From: Obrimoposthia wandeli
Lineage: Eukaryota
DNA length: 64,000 nucleotides
Assembly: GCA_977020255.1 (NCBI GenBank)
Contig: CDROCS010000546.1
Span: forward strand, 62,001-126,000
Reading direction: 5' to 3'
Position numbers and translations under genes: made by a program. How positions within the stretch are numbered: the stretch's first letter is position 1; the number at the start of each line of letters is the position of its first letter. The notes beneath the pieces are model-generated. The model made no database searches and was not told the DNA's origin. It saw nothing but the letters and a program-made list of their open reading frames with translations. Shown here piece by piece: positions 29,845 to 39,761 of this stretch.

Positions 29845-30132
29845 CTATTCGTCGGCACAGCACTCTTCCTGCATGAAAGAAATCAGCGATTCGAGCTGAT
29901 CGAACTGCGGTACACAATAGAGGGTACGCCCCTCGCGGCGTTGTATCACTAAGCCGACTGAAACTAGACGAGTAATATGGTGCGAAAGAGTAGATCCCGG
30001 CACATCTAATTCAGCTTGAATATCGCCGACAGGCACTCCTTGATGTCCTTTGCGGACCAGAAATCTAAAGATGTTCAACCGAGTTTCATGACCCAGTTCA
30101 GCGAGGCATTTAGCCGCGGTGTTGGTTTGCAT
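29845..30132 (-). CDS. arsR: ArsR/SmtB family regulator with C-terminal CC motif
   Basis: ELGHETRLNIFR, STLSHH, RREGRTLYC and C-terminal EECCADE. Start taken at the ATG at 30132. Confidence 0.82.
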   Translation of the reverse strand: MQTNTAAKCLAELGHETRLNIFRFLVRKGHQGVPVGDIQAELDVPGSTLSHHITRLVSVGLVIQRREGRTLYCVPQFDQLESLISFMQEECCADE

Positions 30133-30455
30133 CACACTACCTAACGATAAATTAATAAAGCAGTATTCTGGCACAGCGATTTTGAGTGTCAATAAAGAGT
30201 CCATCACGTTATATTAAATACGAAACCCTCTCCCAAATCACAGTGCTAACATTGAGTTCAGCAAGTAGTCGTTTTACGAGATGAATCGGTTCTATTTACG
30301 ACAACTGCATTGTGATTAAAGCGGCCTTAGTTTATACCTTAGGGTCAATTTTTTATCGGCCCTGCCGCTATAACTCTGATAACTAAAAACAATAATTTAA
30401 GTCGTCGTTTAAGAAAGAGCTACGATTTTCAAGATTTAACCTTATAGGTATATCT

Positions 30456-32462
30456 ATGAATATAACAGTTACTGCACGCATAGGCGGCGGTTTTGCATTA
30501 CTAGTCCTACTATTATTGGCCATCAGTGTTTCTTCTTTTCGCAGCTTAGGTGTTGTTGAGCAACAACTGGCGAAGACCACCGATCAAATAACGCCCATTA
30601 TTTTACGCAGTGCAGAAATGTCGGTTTCACTGCTATCCTCTAACAAAGCAGTATTACTCTTCATGGATGGCAGCGAAGAAAAAGCACTGAAAGCTCAGCG
30701 ATCAAGTTTCGAACTGCAAAAGTCTAATTATCAGAGCCAACATGATCAAATTTTAACCCTCACTGCGCAATATCAGCCAATTACTGCCACCCTGACACAG
30801 CTCGATGGTCACGCTGAAATCTACTTTAATACCGCTAAGCAAGCTTTAGCCTTGCACCAAGATAACCTTGTTCTACAAGAGCAACTGGCTCAAGCAGTAC
30901 TGGCCTTGCAAAATGAAATGCGCTTTTACAAAGCAGATATAGAGCTACTGGTCACTTACGGCTTACCTGAAGAGCAGACCGGCGGTCGCGAACTAAAAAC
31001 TAACCTTGAGGCCATCGAAGGCGAATTTAAATCTCTGCTAGATGCCACTGAGCTGGAGCAATTAACGCCCATTCTAGAATCTTTCGCCACTGAGGGTTAC
31101 GGTTTTAGTTTATTGGGAATGAAGACACGTTTGAATAAATTGATTGCAGGCGGCAGTGATATTGCCGGTGATTTAACCAAATATATGGATGCTGTAGAGC
31201 TCGCTGCTAATGATCCAGCAGGCCTTAGTGCACTAAAGAAAAAACAGATTGAAGCGAAAAATGCTCTCAATGCGATGATTGCCAAGCTATCGAATAGTGC
31301 CAATGACAGTAGTGTGGCCTTAGATGAATTGATGAGCGGCGCACAAACACTTGCGGCACAAGTAAAGAGTGAAACGGATAGTCAAGTTGCACAGAGCCAG
31401 TTGACAAACATAGTGATCAGTTTAATTTCCGTGCTACTCGCGATTGTGATTGGTGTCTGGGTCAGTCGTAACATTCGCAATTCACTTAAGGGTATCAATT
31501 CAATCTTACGCACCATTGCCGACGGTGACTTAAGTCAACGTATCGCCACTATTAGTAAAGATGAATTTGGTCAGCTCGCCACTTATGTCAATGAGCTCGC
31601 CGATAAGCAGGAACAAGTTATCCGTCAGATTCACCGAGCGGCCGATGATATTAACAGCTCGGCTGTTGAAGCGTCATCGGTGAGCAATAGAACCAAAGAA
31701 ATGATGACCGAGCAGCAGCAACAGACAATCCAAGTAGCCGCTGCTATTCAGCAGATGTCCTGCTCTGTTGCAAACGTCGCGCAAAGCGCGGAACAAGCAC
31801 AGCTTGAAGTCCAGGAAATTGACAGTAGTGCACAGCATAATCGGGTGCTGATGGAGCAAAATGTCGAGCAAGTTAGCTTGTTAACTTCTGAAATTGAACG
31901 CTCATCCACTGTAATTAATCAACTGCACAACGACACTGTCGATATCGGTAAGATCCTGGTGGTGATCGAGGGGATCGCGGCGCAAACCAATTTACTCGCG
32001 CTCAACGCAGCCATTGAGGCGGCACGTGCCGGCGAACAGGGACGCGGCTTTGCCGTAGTTGCCGATGAAGTACGTACGTTGGCGAGTCGTACTCAGAACT
32101 CTACCCAGGAAATACAAGTCATGATTGAGCGCTTGCAAAAAGGAGCGCAAAGCGCGGTGGATATTATGGACAGCAGTAAATCCCAGGCACAAAGTAACTT
32201 AGAACAGACAAATATTGCCGGCGAATCACTGCTATCGATGGTCCATCAACTAGAGAAAGTGAAGCAGACATCTATTGAGATTGCCACTGCTGCTGAACAA
32301 CAAACAGCGGTCAGTCTAGAAATATCACAATCGGTAGAGCAAATAGCGACTGCGGCAGAGCTAGGCGCTCAAGAGGCGCAAAATAGCGCTATTGGCAGTG
32401 AAACACTCGCTCAATTAGCACGTGAGCAAAAAAGTGTGGTCAGTCAATTTACCATTAGCTAA
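30456..32462 (+). CDS. Methyl-accepting chemotaxis protein
   Basis: Two TMs, HAMP (GDLSQR...DEFGQL) and [34 protein letters not shown]. Confidence 0.96.
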   Translation: MNITVTARIGGGFALLVLLLLAISVSSFRSLGVVEQQLAKTTDQITPIILRSAEMSVSLLSSNKAVLLFMDGSEEKALKAQRSSFELQKSNYQSQHDQILTLTAQYQPITATLTQLDGHAEIYFNTAKQALALHQDNLVLQEQLAQAVLALQNEMRFYKADIELLVTYGLPEEQTGGRELKTNLEAIEGEFKSLLDATELEQLTPILESFATEGYGFSLLGMKTRLNKLIAGGSDIAGDLTKYMDAVELAANDPAGLSALKKKQIEAKNALNAMIAKLSNSANDSSVALDELMSGAQTLAAQVKSETDSQVAQSQLTNIVISLISVLLAIVIGVWVSRNIRNSLKGINSILRTIADGDLSQRIATISKDEFGQLATYVNELADKQEQVIRQIHRAADDINSSAVEASSVSNRTKEMMTEQQQQTIQVAAAIQQMSCSVANVAQSAEQAQLEVQEIDSSAQHNRVLMEQNVEQVSLLTSEIERSSTVINQLHNDTVDIGKILVVIEGIAAQTNLLALNAAIEAARAGEQGRGFAVVADEVRTLASRTQNSTQEIQVMIERLQKGAQSAVDIMDSSKSQAQSNLEQTNIAGESLLSMVHQLEKVKQTSIEIATAAEQQTAVSLEISQSVEQIATAAELGAQEAQNSAIGSETLAQLAREQKSVVSQFTIS

Positions 32463-32476
32463 GAAGTGAATTTTAC

Positions 32477-32929
32477 TTGAAGGCGGTAAAGATCGATCAA
32501 AAAGACAGGCTGCTACTCACGCTTTTACAGCGTGATGCTCGTATGCCTGTCTCACAATTAGCGCGCAGCGTACATTTAGCAAGATCCAGCGTTCAGGCCC
32601 GCATAAAGCGGCTCGAAGAGTCTGGCATTATTAAAAGCTATAATCTCGAAATAGATACCACACTATTAGACCAACCCGCTGTAAACGCACGTGTAGCGGT
32701 CACTGCAAAAGCCACCGCACAGAATAAACTCATTGAGATTTTTTCTACCATCCCTCAAATAACTTGTTGTGAAAGTGTCAGCGGGGCCAGTGATCTACAT
32801 TTACATCTCGCCACTCAATCCACGGCACAGTTAGAAGTCGTTCTAGATAAGATTAATCAATTAGCCGGTGTCGAACACACAGAATCCAGCATTGTCCTCA
32901 GGCGCTTCTTTGATCGCGATCCCTGTTAA
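32477..32929 (+). CDS. Lrp/AsnC family regulator
   Basis: DARMPVSQLARSVHLARSSVQARIKRLEESGII and CESVSGASD. Confidence 0.9.
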   Translation: MKAVKIDQKDRLLLTLLQRDARMPVSQLARSVHLARSSVQARIKRLEESGIIKSYNLEIDTTLLDQPAVNARVAVTAKATAQNKLIEIFSTIPQITCCESVSGASDLHLHLATQSTAQLEVVLDKINQLAGVEHTESSIVLRRFFDRDPC

Positions 32930-32981
32930 TAGATCATGTTATTATGCGAGTTGGGATCAAGTAACATCCAATACTGTAACG

Positions 32982-33791
32982 TTAAACCGAACAATCCCTT
33001 AGCAGTAATGCCGCTAATTCTTTATATATTTTGGCACAGACCATCGCCGTCATCTCGTTAATATCTTGTCGCGGATTATATTCAACGATATCGGCACCCA
33101 CCACAGGTACATCAATTGCCTGTAGCACTTGTAATACTTGGCGCACATTCAAACCACCAGGTTCGTAGTGAGACACCCCTGGTGCGTAGGCCGGATCTAG
33201 CGCATCTAAGTCAAAAGAGATGTAAACAGGGCCCTTTAGGCGTAACGGAGTCTCTACAGACCAATCTTTCATTTGATGAATCTCAACACCAAAGCGCGCT
33301 GCCTGCTCTGATTGGTGTTTATTCAACGTTCTAATACCGAGTTGCACCAAACGCGTGGCCAGCTGGGACTCCATAATACGGGCAAAAGGACAAGCGTGGC
33401 TGTGCTTATTGCCCCCAAGATTGTCATATAGATCAGGGTGAGCGTCAAAGTGCAGTATGGTGAGATTTGGATGCTGTTTAGCCAACGCTTTAATCACTGG
33501 GTAAGTGATAGAATGATCTCCTCCCAAAGTTAAAACCTTACTTTGTTGGGCAGCTAAGCCTAAGCAGCGCGCTTCAATAATATTAAACGCCTCCTCCTCT
33601 GATGGCCAACTTAGTTCACCCGCATCTCTGATACGGGTATCTTTCGCTACATCTATTCCTGATTCGCTTGTCGTATTAGCAGAACCATTCATCAATACAC
33701 GGCGAATAATTGGCGGAGCTTGCGCCGGACCTCGCAAATGCGATGAGTTAAAGTCGAGAGGAATTTCGAGCACACTGACAGTTTTATACAT
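32982..33791 (-). CDS. Agmatinase/arginase-family ureohydrolase
   Basis: GGDHS, HFDAHPD, DLDALDPAYAPG and DIVEYNP metal-binding motifs are intact. Confidence 0.88.
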   Translation of the reverse strand: MYKTVSVLEIPLDFNSSHLRGPAQAPPIIRRVLMNGSANTTSESGIDVAKDTRIRDAGELSWPSEEEAFNIIEARCLGLAAQQSKVLTLGGDHSITYPVIKALAKQHPNLTILHFDAHPDLYDNLGGNKHSHACPFARIMESQLATRLVQLGIRTLNKHQSEQAARFGVEIHQMKDWSVETPLRLKGPVYISFDLDALDPAYAPGVSHYEPGGLNVRQVLQVLQAIDVPVVGADIVEYNPRQDINEMTAMVCAKIYKELAALLLRDCSV

Positions 33792-33941
33792 ATCTATTCC
33801 TGATTATTGGCAATGAAGGAGCCTATTAAGACCGATAAATCTTCCAGAAGAAAGCGGCGATACCACGTTATTTCTATCTAATTCCGACACTTTTCCTTCT
33901 GCTACTCTCTCTATATATTGTTTGAGCCCAAGGTGGAAAAA

Positions 33942-33953
33942 TTTGTATACAAA
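33942..33953. promoter_or_regulatory. GntR/HutC-type palindrome TTTGTATACAAA
   Basis: Perfect 12-bp palindrome in the divergent region upstream of the proline-racemase-family gene. Confidence 0.55.
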
Positions 33954-33991
33954 CTGTATTATTTATAATTTCCTATTCACTTGGATTTCTT

Positions 33992-35044
33992 ATGTCTACG
34001 CAAATCAGTACCGCATTTCAAGCTTGGCGAGCACCTGAAAAATTCCTAACCATTAAAACTTTAGACTGCCATACTGGGGGTGAACCACTGCGTATCATCA
34101 CTGATGGCTTTCCAGAATTAATAGGCCAGACTGTCCTTGAGCGCAGGCGTTATTGTATGGAGAATTTTGATCATTTACGCACGGCACTGATGTTTGAACC
34201 GCGTGGTCATGCCGACATGTATGGTGCACTTATCACGCCACCAGAGCGTGCGGACTCGCATTTCGGTGCGATTTTTATCCACAATGAAGGCTACTCTACG
34301 ATGTGTGGACACGCGATTATTGCAATGAGTAAGTTTGCAGTTGAATCCGGCTTGGTCCCCTCCTGTGGTGAAGTTACTGAAGTTCGCATCGACGCTCCCT
34401 GTGGCCTAATTACCGCGTGGACAACTCAAGATAGTGATGGCCAAGTGATACAGACCACCTTTGATTGTGTTCCATCGTTTGTCGCCCAACGTGACATCAT
34501 AGTCGACTTACCCTCTCTGGGAAAAGTGCGTATCGATCTCGCTTATGGGGGGGCTTTCTACGCTTATGTTAACGCTGAAGATGTCGGCTTGCGCTGCGAC
34601 AGTCAACACTATGATCAACTAATCCACCTAGGACGCGAAATTAAGCAGGCGGTCAATCAGCAATTTACTATCGAACACCCTTTTGAAGCGGACTTAAGCT
34701 TCCTCTACGGAACTATTTTTGTTGAGCAAGTGAGTGACCCCCAGCTGCACTCGCGCAATGTTTGTGTCTTTGCCGAGGGCGAAGTCGATCGTAGCCCGAC
34801 AGGGTCAGGCGTGTCTGGACGCGCTGCTATTCACTATGCACGCGGCGATTTAGCACTGCACCAGCCAATCACCATCAGCTCCATTCTCGATTCCCGCTTT
34901 GAAGTACAAGTACAGCGTACCCAAGCTTACGGCTGTCACGATGCCATTATTCCCAGAGTGACCGGCAGTGCCCATATTGTTGCAAAATCAGAGTTTATTA
35001 TTGATCCAAATGATCCGCTAAAAGACGGCTTTATTTTTCGTTAA
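33992..35044 (+). CDS. Proline racemase family protein, likely trans-3-hydroxy-L-proline dehydratase
   Basis: HTGGEPLR, EPRGHADMYG, STMCGH and DRSPTGSG (Cys/Thr catalytic pair). Confidence 0.85.
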   Translation: MSTQISTAFQAWRAPEKFLTIKTLDCHTGGEPLRIITDGFPELIGQTVLERRRYCMENFDHLRTALMFEPRGHADMYGALITPPERADSHFGAIFIHNEGYSTMCGHAIIAMSKFAVESGLVPSCGEVTEVRIDAPCGLITAWTTQDSDGQVIQTTFDCVPSFVAQRDIIVDLPSLGKVRIDLAYGGAFYAYVNAEDVGLRCDSQHYDQLIHLGREIKQAVNQQFTIEHPFEADLSFLYGTIFVEQVSDPQLHSRNVCVFAEGEVDRSPTGSGVSGRAAIHYARGDLALHQPITISSILDSRFEVQVQRTQAYGCHDAIIPRVTGSAHIVAKSEFIIDPNDPLKDGFIFR

Positions 35045-35442
35045 ACTACTGAGTAACGATAATTAGAGCATACTGATGAGCTCTCCTGTTGGTGGAATAA
35101 ACACTCCGTTAGCAGGGCGTCCAATCATTAAGTGATACGCAGCCAAGAAACGTACTGTCGTACTCTCTCTTTGGCTATTACCAAATTCAAGCGTATCTTC
35201 ACTCGTATTAATAATGCTAAAAATATGATGTAATCTAGACCACCTCTAAAGCTCTACCATTACACGTCACGATGAATATTAAATGCTAACCCAAGCGCAT
35301 ACATCCATAAATTTAAATGACAGCTATACTGCCTGTATGAAACTCAAATAAATCAGTATGAGCAGATTAATTACACGCTTTGTATTAATGAAATTGACTG
35401 CTTATTAATACTAGGTTAATATTTATTTCCGTTGGAGGATCT

Positions 35443-36189
35443 ATGTTACGTTTATTCTTATGTTGTCTTTTTGTTATCTCTAGTCAATGGAGTGTCGCCC
35501 AATCAGCTCATACCATCAAAACAGTTGAGCAAAGAGCATTGGTTTTTTCCACGTTCAACTCTTATACCCTATCCCAGACCATATCCGCTATTTTGAATAA
35601 GGCTTATCAAAAGCTTGGGATTAATATTTCTATTAAATACTTACCTGGCAGCCGTGCCTTGCAAACATCCAGTGCTGGCATTGTGGATGGCGAATTATTC
35701 CGTATCGCTGGAATAGAGAAAAAATACCCCACTTTACTGCAAGTTTCTGAACCCATCATCGAACTGCAAACGACAGCGTACAGTTCTAAGATCAAATTCG
35801 ATGTACAGAGCTGGTCAAGTCTCAAACCTTACAAAATAGGCTTTTTGCGTAGTTTTCGTAAAGCTGAATTGAAAACAAACAATATGGATACTTATCAAGA
35901 TGACAGTTTAGACAATCTTTTTAAATTATTAGATATGGGTCGAATCGATTTGGTCATTGAATCAAAACTGGGCGCCTCCGTTATTTTGCAACAAAACAAC
36001 TACCCTAACGTGCAAGCACTTTCTCCTCCAGTCGATCGTTTCAAGATTTATCACTACTTACATGCAAAGAATAAAAAACTACTCATCCCTCTCTCTGAGA
36101 CCCTATTAGCAATGCGTCAATCAGGAGAAATACAACAAATTATCGACGCAACTGTCTTATCGCTCGCTCAAATCGATGTAAAAAAATAG
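35443..36189 (+). CDS. Periplasmic solute-binding protein (family 3-like)
   Basis: Signal peptide. LPGSRAL, DGELFRIAG, GRID and YHYLH. Confidence 0.82.
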   Translation: MLRLFLCCLFVISSQWSVAQSAHTIKTVEQRALVFSTFNSYTLSQTISAILNKAYQKLGINISIKYLPGSRALQTSSAGIVDGELFRIAGIEKKYPTLLQVSEPIIELQTTAYSSKIKFDVQSWSSLKPYKIGFLRSFRKAELKTNNMDTYQDDSLDNLFKLLDMGRIDLVIESKLGASVILQQNNYPNVQALSPPVDRFKIYHYLHAKNKKLLIPLSETLLAMRQSGEIQQIIDATVLSLAQIDVKK

Positions 36190-36365
36190 ACTAAGAAGGT
36201 AGCTGTTAACTCTAACTCATCTGATTGAGTATTCAATATTCAATTAAGCTATTGGAAAATGTTAATAGGATAGAATCTTTTTAATCACACAATTCATCTA
36301 TAACCTTGCACTTATCAAAGTTGATCTCTACTATCAATTGCTACTACTGTAGGGATACGCTAGAA

Positions 36366-37541
36366 ATGATGAAGGTTATTTTATTAAACATCGTAAAAAC
36401 AAGGAGCTACCTCTCTACTATCTTGATCATTTTTTTTACTCTTACTTTTATTGCTTTGACCTTCCATAAAGTGATTATCCCCTCGTTTAAGCAGCAAATC
36501 ATCAATAACATTCTTGACGAAACGCGTCGTGTTGCTAGCCATTTAGCACGCTCAATAGATTTTGATCATCAAAATACCGAACAAATCAGTGATCATGTAG
36601 AAAATGAAATGACTACATTTCAAATTCACAAAATTCATTATTTCGATCGGATTGGACGAATTATATACTCCTCCGATACACAAAAAATTGGCAACATTAA
36701 TGATAATAGCTATTTCCACGACACCGTCGCTAAAGGTGAAACGTATTTCAATATCAAGCAAGCGGGAGAAAAATCTTCAGAAGGCGAATTAATATTTAAA
36801 GATATTATCGAAATATATATCCCTATTATGCGAGATAAGACCTTTGCCGGTGCGTTTGAGCTCTACTATGACATTAGCCAAGAGATAGCGGACTTCAATC
36901 ACGTTGCCGCTAACTTATCGAGAATAGTGTTGTTTGTATTCTCTTTTATATTTTTGTTGGTGCTACTGTCCATCTACTTTGCCAGTAGAAGAAACCTGCA
37001 AATACAATGCTACCAGAAAGAGCTACAGGCACTCGCGGAACGAGATCACTTAACTCAAGTTTACAACCGCCGCTACTTTTATACTTATGCCAACCACCTC
37101 CTCGAAAGCAATCGACATCCCGTTAGCGATATTTCCATGTGCATGCTCGACGCTGATGATTTTAAAAAGATTAACGATACCTATGGCCACCAAGCAGGTG
37201 ATATAGCCCTCAAAGTTTTATGCCGTACTTTGAATTCGCTATTGCGAAAAACAGATCTTATTGCCCGCTACGGAGGCGAAGAATTTATCATCTTGCTCCC
37301 TGCTACCAACAGAGAAAATGGGCAGGTAATCGCCGAGAAAATTCGCCATTGTATTGCCGCGTTGGAGATCCCATTCGACGAGCACATCATTAAAATGACA
37401 GTTAGTATTGGTGTCAGTCAGTACCAGTGTGGGCAAAGCCTAGATGAGTTTGTACACTGCGCCGATACCGCGCTATATCGTTCAAAAAATAACGGTAAGA
37501 ACCAAGTGACCTTAAATGGATGTTTAAAAAAAGTTAGCTGA
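36366..37541 (+). CDS. Membrane diguanylate cyclase
   Basis: Two TMs around a periplasmic domain. DADDFKKINDTYGH, RKTD I-site and RYGGEEF. Start is uncertain (36306 TTG or 36366 ATG). Confidence 0.9.
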   Translation: MMKVILLNIVKTRSYLSTILIIFFTLTFIALTFHKVIIPSFKQQIINNILDETRRVASHLARSIDFDHQNTEQISDHVENEMTTFQIHKIHYFDRIGRIIYSSDTQKIGNINDNSYFHDTVAKGETYFNIKQAGEKSSEGELIFKDIIEIYIPIMRDKTFAGAFELYYDISQEIADFNHVAANLSRIVLFVFSFIFLLVLLSIYFASRRNLQIQCYQKELQALAERDHLTQVYNRRYFYTYANHLLESNRHPVSDISMCMLDADDFKKINDTYGHQAGDIALKVLCRTLNSLLRKTDLIARYGGEEFIILLPATNRENGQVIAEKIRHCIAALEIPFDEHIIKMTVSIGVSQYQCGQSLDEFVHCADTALYRSKNNGKNQVTLNGCLKKVS

Positions 37542-37646
37542 GCTCGCTACTTTCCATAATGATAGATTGCACAGCAAAACTAGCCAGCTTCAGTTCCTAT
37601 TCCCCACACTAGATGCCCTTTAATAATGGCCAGCGGATTTTGACAT

Positions 37647-38357
37647 CTAAGTTGCTGAATCCGTAGCCGACAAAGAAAACTCAACTGCGCTTAATGCGTG
37701 GATAGCGGTTGTGTCATAAAGCGCTACGTCTGTATCACGCTGCTGGACCAACAATGCTATTTCAGTACAGCCGAGAATAACTGCCTGCGCGCCCGCCGCG
37801 TATAAATCATTGATGACTCGCAAATAGTACTGCTTAGAAGCCTGTTGAATATCACCTAAACACAGCTCTTGGTAAATAATCCGGTGGACCTCTGCACGCT
37901 GTTCTACTTGTGGTACTAACACATCAATCGCAAACTTTTCGGTCAAACGCTGTTTGTAAAAGTCTTGTTCCATCGTGAACGCGGTCCCCAGCAAACCTAC
38001 CTTGCTGATCCCATCCTCCTTCAACTGTAATGCAGTAGCATCGCTAATATGTAACAACGGGATACTCAACTGCGCCTCTATTTGGTCGGCAACTTTGTGC
38101 ATTGTGTTAGTACAAATCAATAGGCAATCGGCTCCCGCGCGCTCCACACTCAAAGCCGCTTGCGTTAGAATGCTCGCCGTTTGCTGCCAATCACCGCTGT
38201 GTTGTAATTTTTCAATCTCTGAAAAATTGACACTGTTCAGTACTATCTTAGCGCTGTGTAATCCCCCTAACCGGCGCTTTGTCTCTTGGTTAATCAACTG
38301 ATAGTAACTCACTGTTGACTCCCAACTCATCCCACCAAGTAAGCCTATGGTTTTCAT
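37647..38357 (-). CDS. Aspartate/glutamate racemase family protein (YgeA/RacX-like)
   Basis: MKTIGLLGGMSWEST. Catalytic ICTNTMH and LGCTEI motifs. Confidence 0.92.
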   Translation of the reverse strand: MKTIGLLGGMSWESTVSYYQLINQETKRRLGGLHSAKIVLNSVNFSEIEKLQHSGDWQQTASILTQAALSVERAGADCLLICTNTMHKVADQIEAQLSIPLLHISDATALQLKEDGISKVGLLGTAFTMEQDFYKQRLTEKFAIDVLVPQVEQRAEVHRIIYQELCLGDIQQASKQYYLRVINDLYAAGAQAVILGCTEIALLVQQRDTDVALYDTTAIHALSAVEFSLSATDSAT

Positions 38358-39562
38358 TATGTACCCTCAATACTATTGGTTTGTCCAAGTGTTATTCGCT
38401 TGCGTGCTTTATCCAATCGATTGGTCACTAGCAACAAGAGCCCCGGTAATAGCAGGCACATTGCCAGCCAATTACTGTTTTCCCAACCAATACTTTGGAA
38501 CAAAAATCCCGCTGAGAATGCCCCGATAGTATTGAGTAATGCTACCGCCGATTCATTAATACCCTGCAATTTATGAACATCTCCATGCAAGGTAGCCACC
38601 AGTGAACTACCACCGATATAGAGCATATTCCAGCCCAACCCTATGCCAATTAACGCGGCCAAAATACCGTAGTAACTCGTGACATAAATGGCGACCAACA
38701 TCGAAATAAACATCACTATGTAGCCGCCCATAATGACTTTTTCCTCACCGATGGCAGTAATAATTCGCCCCATCACCAAGGAAGGTAAAAACATGGCCAC
38801 GACATGGCATTGGATGACAAACATGATATCGATAAAAGGTACGCCCAATGCGTTCATCTTAAGAGAGGATTGCATCATCAACATCGCCATCAGCATATAA
38901 CCAAAACCTGACGCGTAAATAGCCACTAACAAGGAGAGCGAGATCGGGTTTGAGCTTGTCGCTGCCGTGCCGGTTGGTTTTGCATCAGCGACTGTTTCTT
39001 CTGTTTTCTCTTCGCGGATAAATAACAGCAAGACCATCACCAACAACGCCAATCCGACAAAACTGAGATAGCTGGCGCTAAAGGCGTAATCTTCAAACAT
39101 CAGCCGAGTATATTGCGCAATACGCGGGCCGATAAATGCAGCGGCTATGCCTCCTAGAGTCACTAGCGCAACGGCTTTCGCTTTTTGTTTATCATCTAGT
39201 CCGTCAGTGGCAGCGAACCTGAAATAAGCAAACGCACTGATCGTCATACCAAAGAAAAAATGAGCCACTAAATTGAGCGAGAAGGAATGCCAGTAAATCG
39301 ACAGCGCCCCCAGTAGACCGCCCAACGCTAAGGTGGATGCGCCTAGAAAAAACACCGGGCGACGACCAAAGCGTTTCATCGACATCGACAATAGATAAGA
39401 ACAGACAATTACCGCCACATATTGAATACCGTAGGGCAGCGTGGACAACTCGGGGTAAGGTGCCAAGCTCTTGCCTATAATGGGTGAGGTAGAAACCGCA
39501 ATCACCGCACTGGTTAAAGAAATTGCCTGTGCCAGCGAGTATAGAAGTGTTTGTTTACGCAT
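38357..39562 (-). CDS. MFS transporter
   Basis: About 12 TMs. MKRFGRRP, YFRFAATD and HVVAMFLPS. Its stop overlaps the racemase start (TAATG). Confidence 0.88.
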   Translation of the reverse strand: MRKQTLLYSLAQAISLTSAVIAVSTSPIIGKSLAPYPELSTLPYGIQYVAVIVCSYLLSMSMKRFGRRPVFFLGASTLALGGLLGALSIYWHSFSLNLVAHFFFGMTISAFAYFRFAATDGLDDKQKAKAVALVTLGGIAAAFIGPRIAQYTRLMFEDYAFSASYLSFVGLALLVMVLLLFIREEKTEETVADAKPTGTAATSSNPISLSLLVAIYASGFGYMLMAMLMMQSSLKMNALGVPFIDIMFVIQCHVVAMFLPSLVMGRIITAIGEEKVIMGGYIVMFISMLVAIYVTSYYGILAALIGIGLGWNMLYIGGSSLVATLHGDVHKLQGINESAVALLNTIGAFSAGFLFQSIGWENSNWLAMCLLLPGLLLLVTNRLDKARKRITLGQTNSIEGT

Positions 39563-39723
39563 TTATATTCCTAATATTGAATGACGTTGCGTGGTTTATT
39601 GCTCTGTTATTGACGATAGTCGGCCAATACCTGAAGATAAATAGCTATCCCAACCGCTTGTTCAATCAATAACGTTTTAACGGCAAAAGGATAATTGGAT
39701 TGCTCAGCAGTGTTACACAAGCT

Positions 39724-39761
39724 ATTGTATGACTCAATTTATTTATTGCATGACATACAAT
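39724..39761. promoter_or_regulatory. MocR-type repeat array: ATTGTATG, ATTGCATG (direct) and CATACAAT (inverted)
   Basis: Two direct 8-mers 21 bp apart plus an inverted copy, at the start of the MocR gene. Confidence 0.55.

Noticed and set aside
35063-35245. Stop-free minus-strand frame with faint cupin-like wording
   Set aside because: No start codon after the upstream stop, and the similarity is too weak to call a pseudogene.
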